A stretch of DNA of 64,000 bases from positions 96,906,001 to 96,970,000 of the forward strand of contig NC_043005.1 in NCBI RefSeq assembly GCF_006345805.1, in the 5' to 3' direction. Source of the DNA: Octopus sinensis. Taxonomy: Eukaryota. The translations under genes were made by a program, and so were the position numbers. Positions 60,800-64,000 of this stretch are shown here, piece by piece. Every line of letters starts with the position of its first letter. Position 1 is the stretch's first letter. The notes beneath the pieces are model-generated. The model saw only the letters and a program-made list of their open reading frames with translations. It ran no database searches and was not told the origin of the DNA.

Positions 60800-62720
60800 T
60801 GACGAGGTTGCAGGATCGTTAGCGCGTCGGTAGACAAAACCGCTTGGCGGATTTTGTTTCGGCTCTTTGCGTTCTCAGTTCAAATTCCGCCGAGGTCGAC
60901 TTTTCCTTTCATCCATTTCGGGGTCGATAAAGTAAGAAACAGTGAAGCTCTGGAGTAGTGATGTAAGTAACTTACCTCTTTCCGTGATAATTACTGGCCG
61001 TATGCCAGAATTAGTGAGAGAGAGAGAGAGAGAGAGAGTTATTAAAGTGGTGAGCTAGCGGAATCATGTATACTTCCGTCGACGTTACGTTGTGTTGAAA
61101 TGCCGAGGTCGACTTTGCATTTCCCCCCTTTCGGTGTCGATGAAGTAAGTACCAGTTAACCACAGGGACGATCTAACTGACTAGTACCCTCTCCCTCAAA
61201 TTGTTGATCCTGTGCCAAAATACGAATTTATTATGATCGGTAAAATCACTAGATTACCGGAAGATGTTTTGCGTCATCGCTTCTGGATCTTTACGCTCTG
61301 AGTTCAAATCCATTTGAGATCAAGCTTACTTTTTATTCCTCTGGGGGTTAATAAATCAGGGAAAGATATAAATGGCAACAGATTATGGGCACTGTGCGTT
61401 CCCACTCAACGAATTGCATATAAATACATATTGATACCTATTATAAGGGACACAAACAATCTTGGTTACGACTTCCTACGCTCAATTTGAAGGCAGAGAT
61501 CCACTTTATATCTCCCATATGATACTATGTCTTTACTTGACCTGCTAGTAATAATAAGCAAATATCTACAAACTCGTACTGTATCAAATTGTAAAGGGAA
61601 GGACACACTAGATAATTTAGACACAAAGACATACGAGTATACAAAAGGAAGGAAAGAAGTAACAGAGTGGAATGCATTTGATCACAGGTCACCAGGATCT
61701 GAGCTAGCTGGAGGCTCAAGGTCAACAATATCGACAACAATATCAACAATATCGACAACAATACTGCTTTTCCAACTCGCCATCAAGAAAGCTCAATGTG
61801 ATTGCTGGCCCTGCTAGAAATTGCGACCAAATCTTCATATCACCAGACCCTACAATCTTAAAAAAAATAGGGTGTACTGGATAATATTGTCTTTGGATAA
61901 AAGAATACCTAGAAAAAAGAAGAAAAAAAGATAGTCACAAATGGAATACCTTTCATCTTAAGTTTGCTGTATCATAGCTGACCCGGAACTACACAACATG
62001 AACAACCACAAGTAATATAACAACCTTTGGTAAAGTAGTGATGTGGCAAGATTCGTTGGCAGGTCGAGCAGAATGCTTAGCGGTATTTCATCCATCTTTA
62101 CGTAATGAGTTATAATTACGCCGAAGTCAATTTTGCCTATCATCCTTTCGTGGGTGTCGTTGAAATAAGTACCAGTTGAGTACTGGTGGTCAATGTAATC
62201 GACTTATCCCCTCCCTCGAAATAGTTGGCATTGTACCAATATTTTACATCAATATAGCACTAGCAAGAACGACAAAACAATAAAAGCAAAAACCACGACA
62301 ATCGCAACAACAACCAGAACCCTTTCTAATATAGAGAAAGTCTGAAACTTTGGCGGTTAGTCGATTGGTATTTTATCGATCCCGAGGAGATGGAAGGCTA
62401 AGTCGAGCTCGGTGGAATCTGAACTCAGAATGTAAAGACGGACGAAATGCCAGCAAGCATTCTGTCCGGCATGCTAACGATTCTGAGAGCTCGCTGCCTT
62501 AATTCTTTCTAATATAGGCACAAGGCCTGAAATGTTGGTGGAGGGTATAAGTTGGTTACATCAATCGCAGTACTCAACTGATACTTATTTCATCGGCCCC
62601 GAAAGGACGAAAGGCAAAGTTGATCTTGGTGGAATTGGAAATCATAACGTAACGGCAGACGAAATGCTGCTAAACATCTAGTCCGGCGTGTCAACGATTC
62701 TTCTAACTCGCAGCCTTCTG
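60800..62720. mobile_element. Cluster of about six old, degenerate copies of the abundant tRNA-SINE in both orientations
   Basis: Repeated gagttcaaat..ccgaggtcgactt.gcc.ttcatcc.ttcg..gtcgat.aa..aagtaccag segments. Confidence 0.75.
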
Positions 62721-62749
62721 CATCAACAATAACAACGGCAACAACAATA

Positions 62750-62979
62750 AATCACGAAGGAAAATAAGAGCAAAAGGAACAACAACAACGGCTAACAACT
62801 GGCACGACAATAGAATCATCATCAGCAGCAGTAACAACAACAACAACAGCAAAAATAGCAACAACAGCAACAGTCACAACCACAAAAACGACAACCACTG
62901 TAACAACAACACCAACGTTTACACCATCGTGGCCACCACCAACAGCAACAACAACTACCACCACCACCACCAACAACTA

Positions 62980-63029
<50 letters not shown>

Positions 63030-63035
63030 ACCGCA
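62750..63035. repeat. (CAA)n/(CTA)n/(CTG)n trinucleotide tract
   Basis: Direct reading. Confidence 0.9.
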
Positions 63036-63512
63036 ACGACAATGTGTTTACGAGAGAAAGAACTAATTCGTTTTTTGATTCCTTCAAAAATGAAAGGAAG
63101 ATTCTCACCCATTATTTCTAGACAAAAGCAGATTTTTTTGTTGTCTTAACAATACTACCCACCACCATTCCATGCTCCCCTTCGCTTCAATAATATATCC
63201 TATTGTCTGGTTTATTGGATGCAACGTGAACGAAGTATCCTGTAAGTAAGATTTCAAACTTGGTCTCGTGAATCTTACATATTTTGGGTCATGTTTACCA
63301 TTCTACCATTGTAGGGCTTTATATAGTTTTCTCAGCAATCTCTCTCTCCCCCCCTCTCTCTCTCTCTCTCACACACACAATAGAACTCGCTTTGTTTATT
63401 AGAGTCTGCCTTGATATTTTGTCTTCTGAATGATATCTTCTCAAGATAATACAGCTGCTATGTATCAGACTCAGCCAGAGACCTATAGCAAAAGAAGGTC
63501 AACGTTGTTGTT

Positions 63513-63935
63513 GTTGATGATGATGATGATGATGATGATGATGACGATGATGATAACGACGATGATGATGATGATGATGACGACGACGTTGATAACGATG
63601 ATGATGATGATGATGATGACGACAATAATAATGATGATGATATTCATGATGACGATGATGACGATGATAATTATGATGATGAAGATGATGATGAGAGTGA
63701 TGATGATGATAATAATGATAACGCTAATGATGATGGTGATAATGACAATGACGATGATGATAATGACAATAATAATGATGATGATAATCATGATGACGAT
63801 GATGATAACGAAGATGATGATGATAATGATGTGATAATGATGATGGTAATAATGACAATAATAGTAATGATGACAGTGATGATGATGATGATGATAATAA
63901 TGATGATGATGATGTTGATGATGATGAAGATGATA
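63513..63935. repeat. Degenerate (GAT)n array
   Basis: Direct reading. Confidence 0.95.
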
Positions 63936-64000
63936 ATGTTTAGCTCTGATGTCAATCTATGACGATCCAAGGACTCCGTCGCCCCTCTCCCTCTTTAGTG

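Noticed and set aside
61520-61960. Possible CR1/L2 RT fragment
   Set aside because: Only vague similarity (..CLWIKEYL..IVTNG); not supportable

Overview
Repeat-dense, AT-rich animal genomic DNA. The SINE families and (TA)n/(CA)n density look like a coleoid cephalopod, most likely Octopus (recognised from memory, no search run). One host gene dominates: a secreted, multiply interrupted non-fibrillar collagen on the minus strand. I could assemble 14 coding exons with GT-AG boundaries and consistent phases from 52297 down to 4938 (1378 nt, ~459 aa, 3' end outside the window). The protein reads signal peptide, acidic Ser-Gly domain, Cys triad, 51 uninterrupted Gly-X-Y triplets, then short helices separated by N-glycosylation-sequon-bearing interruptions (multiplexin/COL15-18-like, unconfirmed). 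The introns hold a decayed near-full-length Neptune-type Penelope-like element (PLE; RT + GIY-YIG), PLE fragments, a Tx1/L1-type LINE 3' end inside a (TATC)n tract, CR1/L2- and RTE-type LINE ends, four Tc1/mariner remnants, Helitron helicase fragments, MITEs, many tRNA-derived SINEs and a 100-N gap. The most interesting unannotated layer is a set of type I hammerhead-ribozyme (HHR) folds in short non-coding elements. One is canonical and sits in a 432-bp partial-tandem (retrozyme/pLTR-like) unit. Others have U4C, A9U or A6U core variants and palindromic stem III, and several lie inside long fold-back palindromes. No CRISPR array, rRNA or true tRNA gene is supported. Most ORF-track entries are microsatellite or antisense artefacts.
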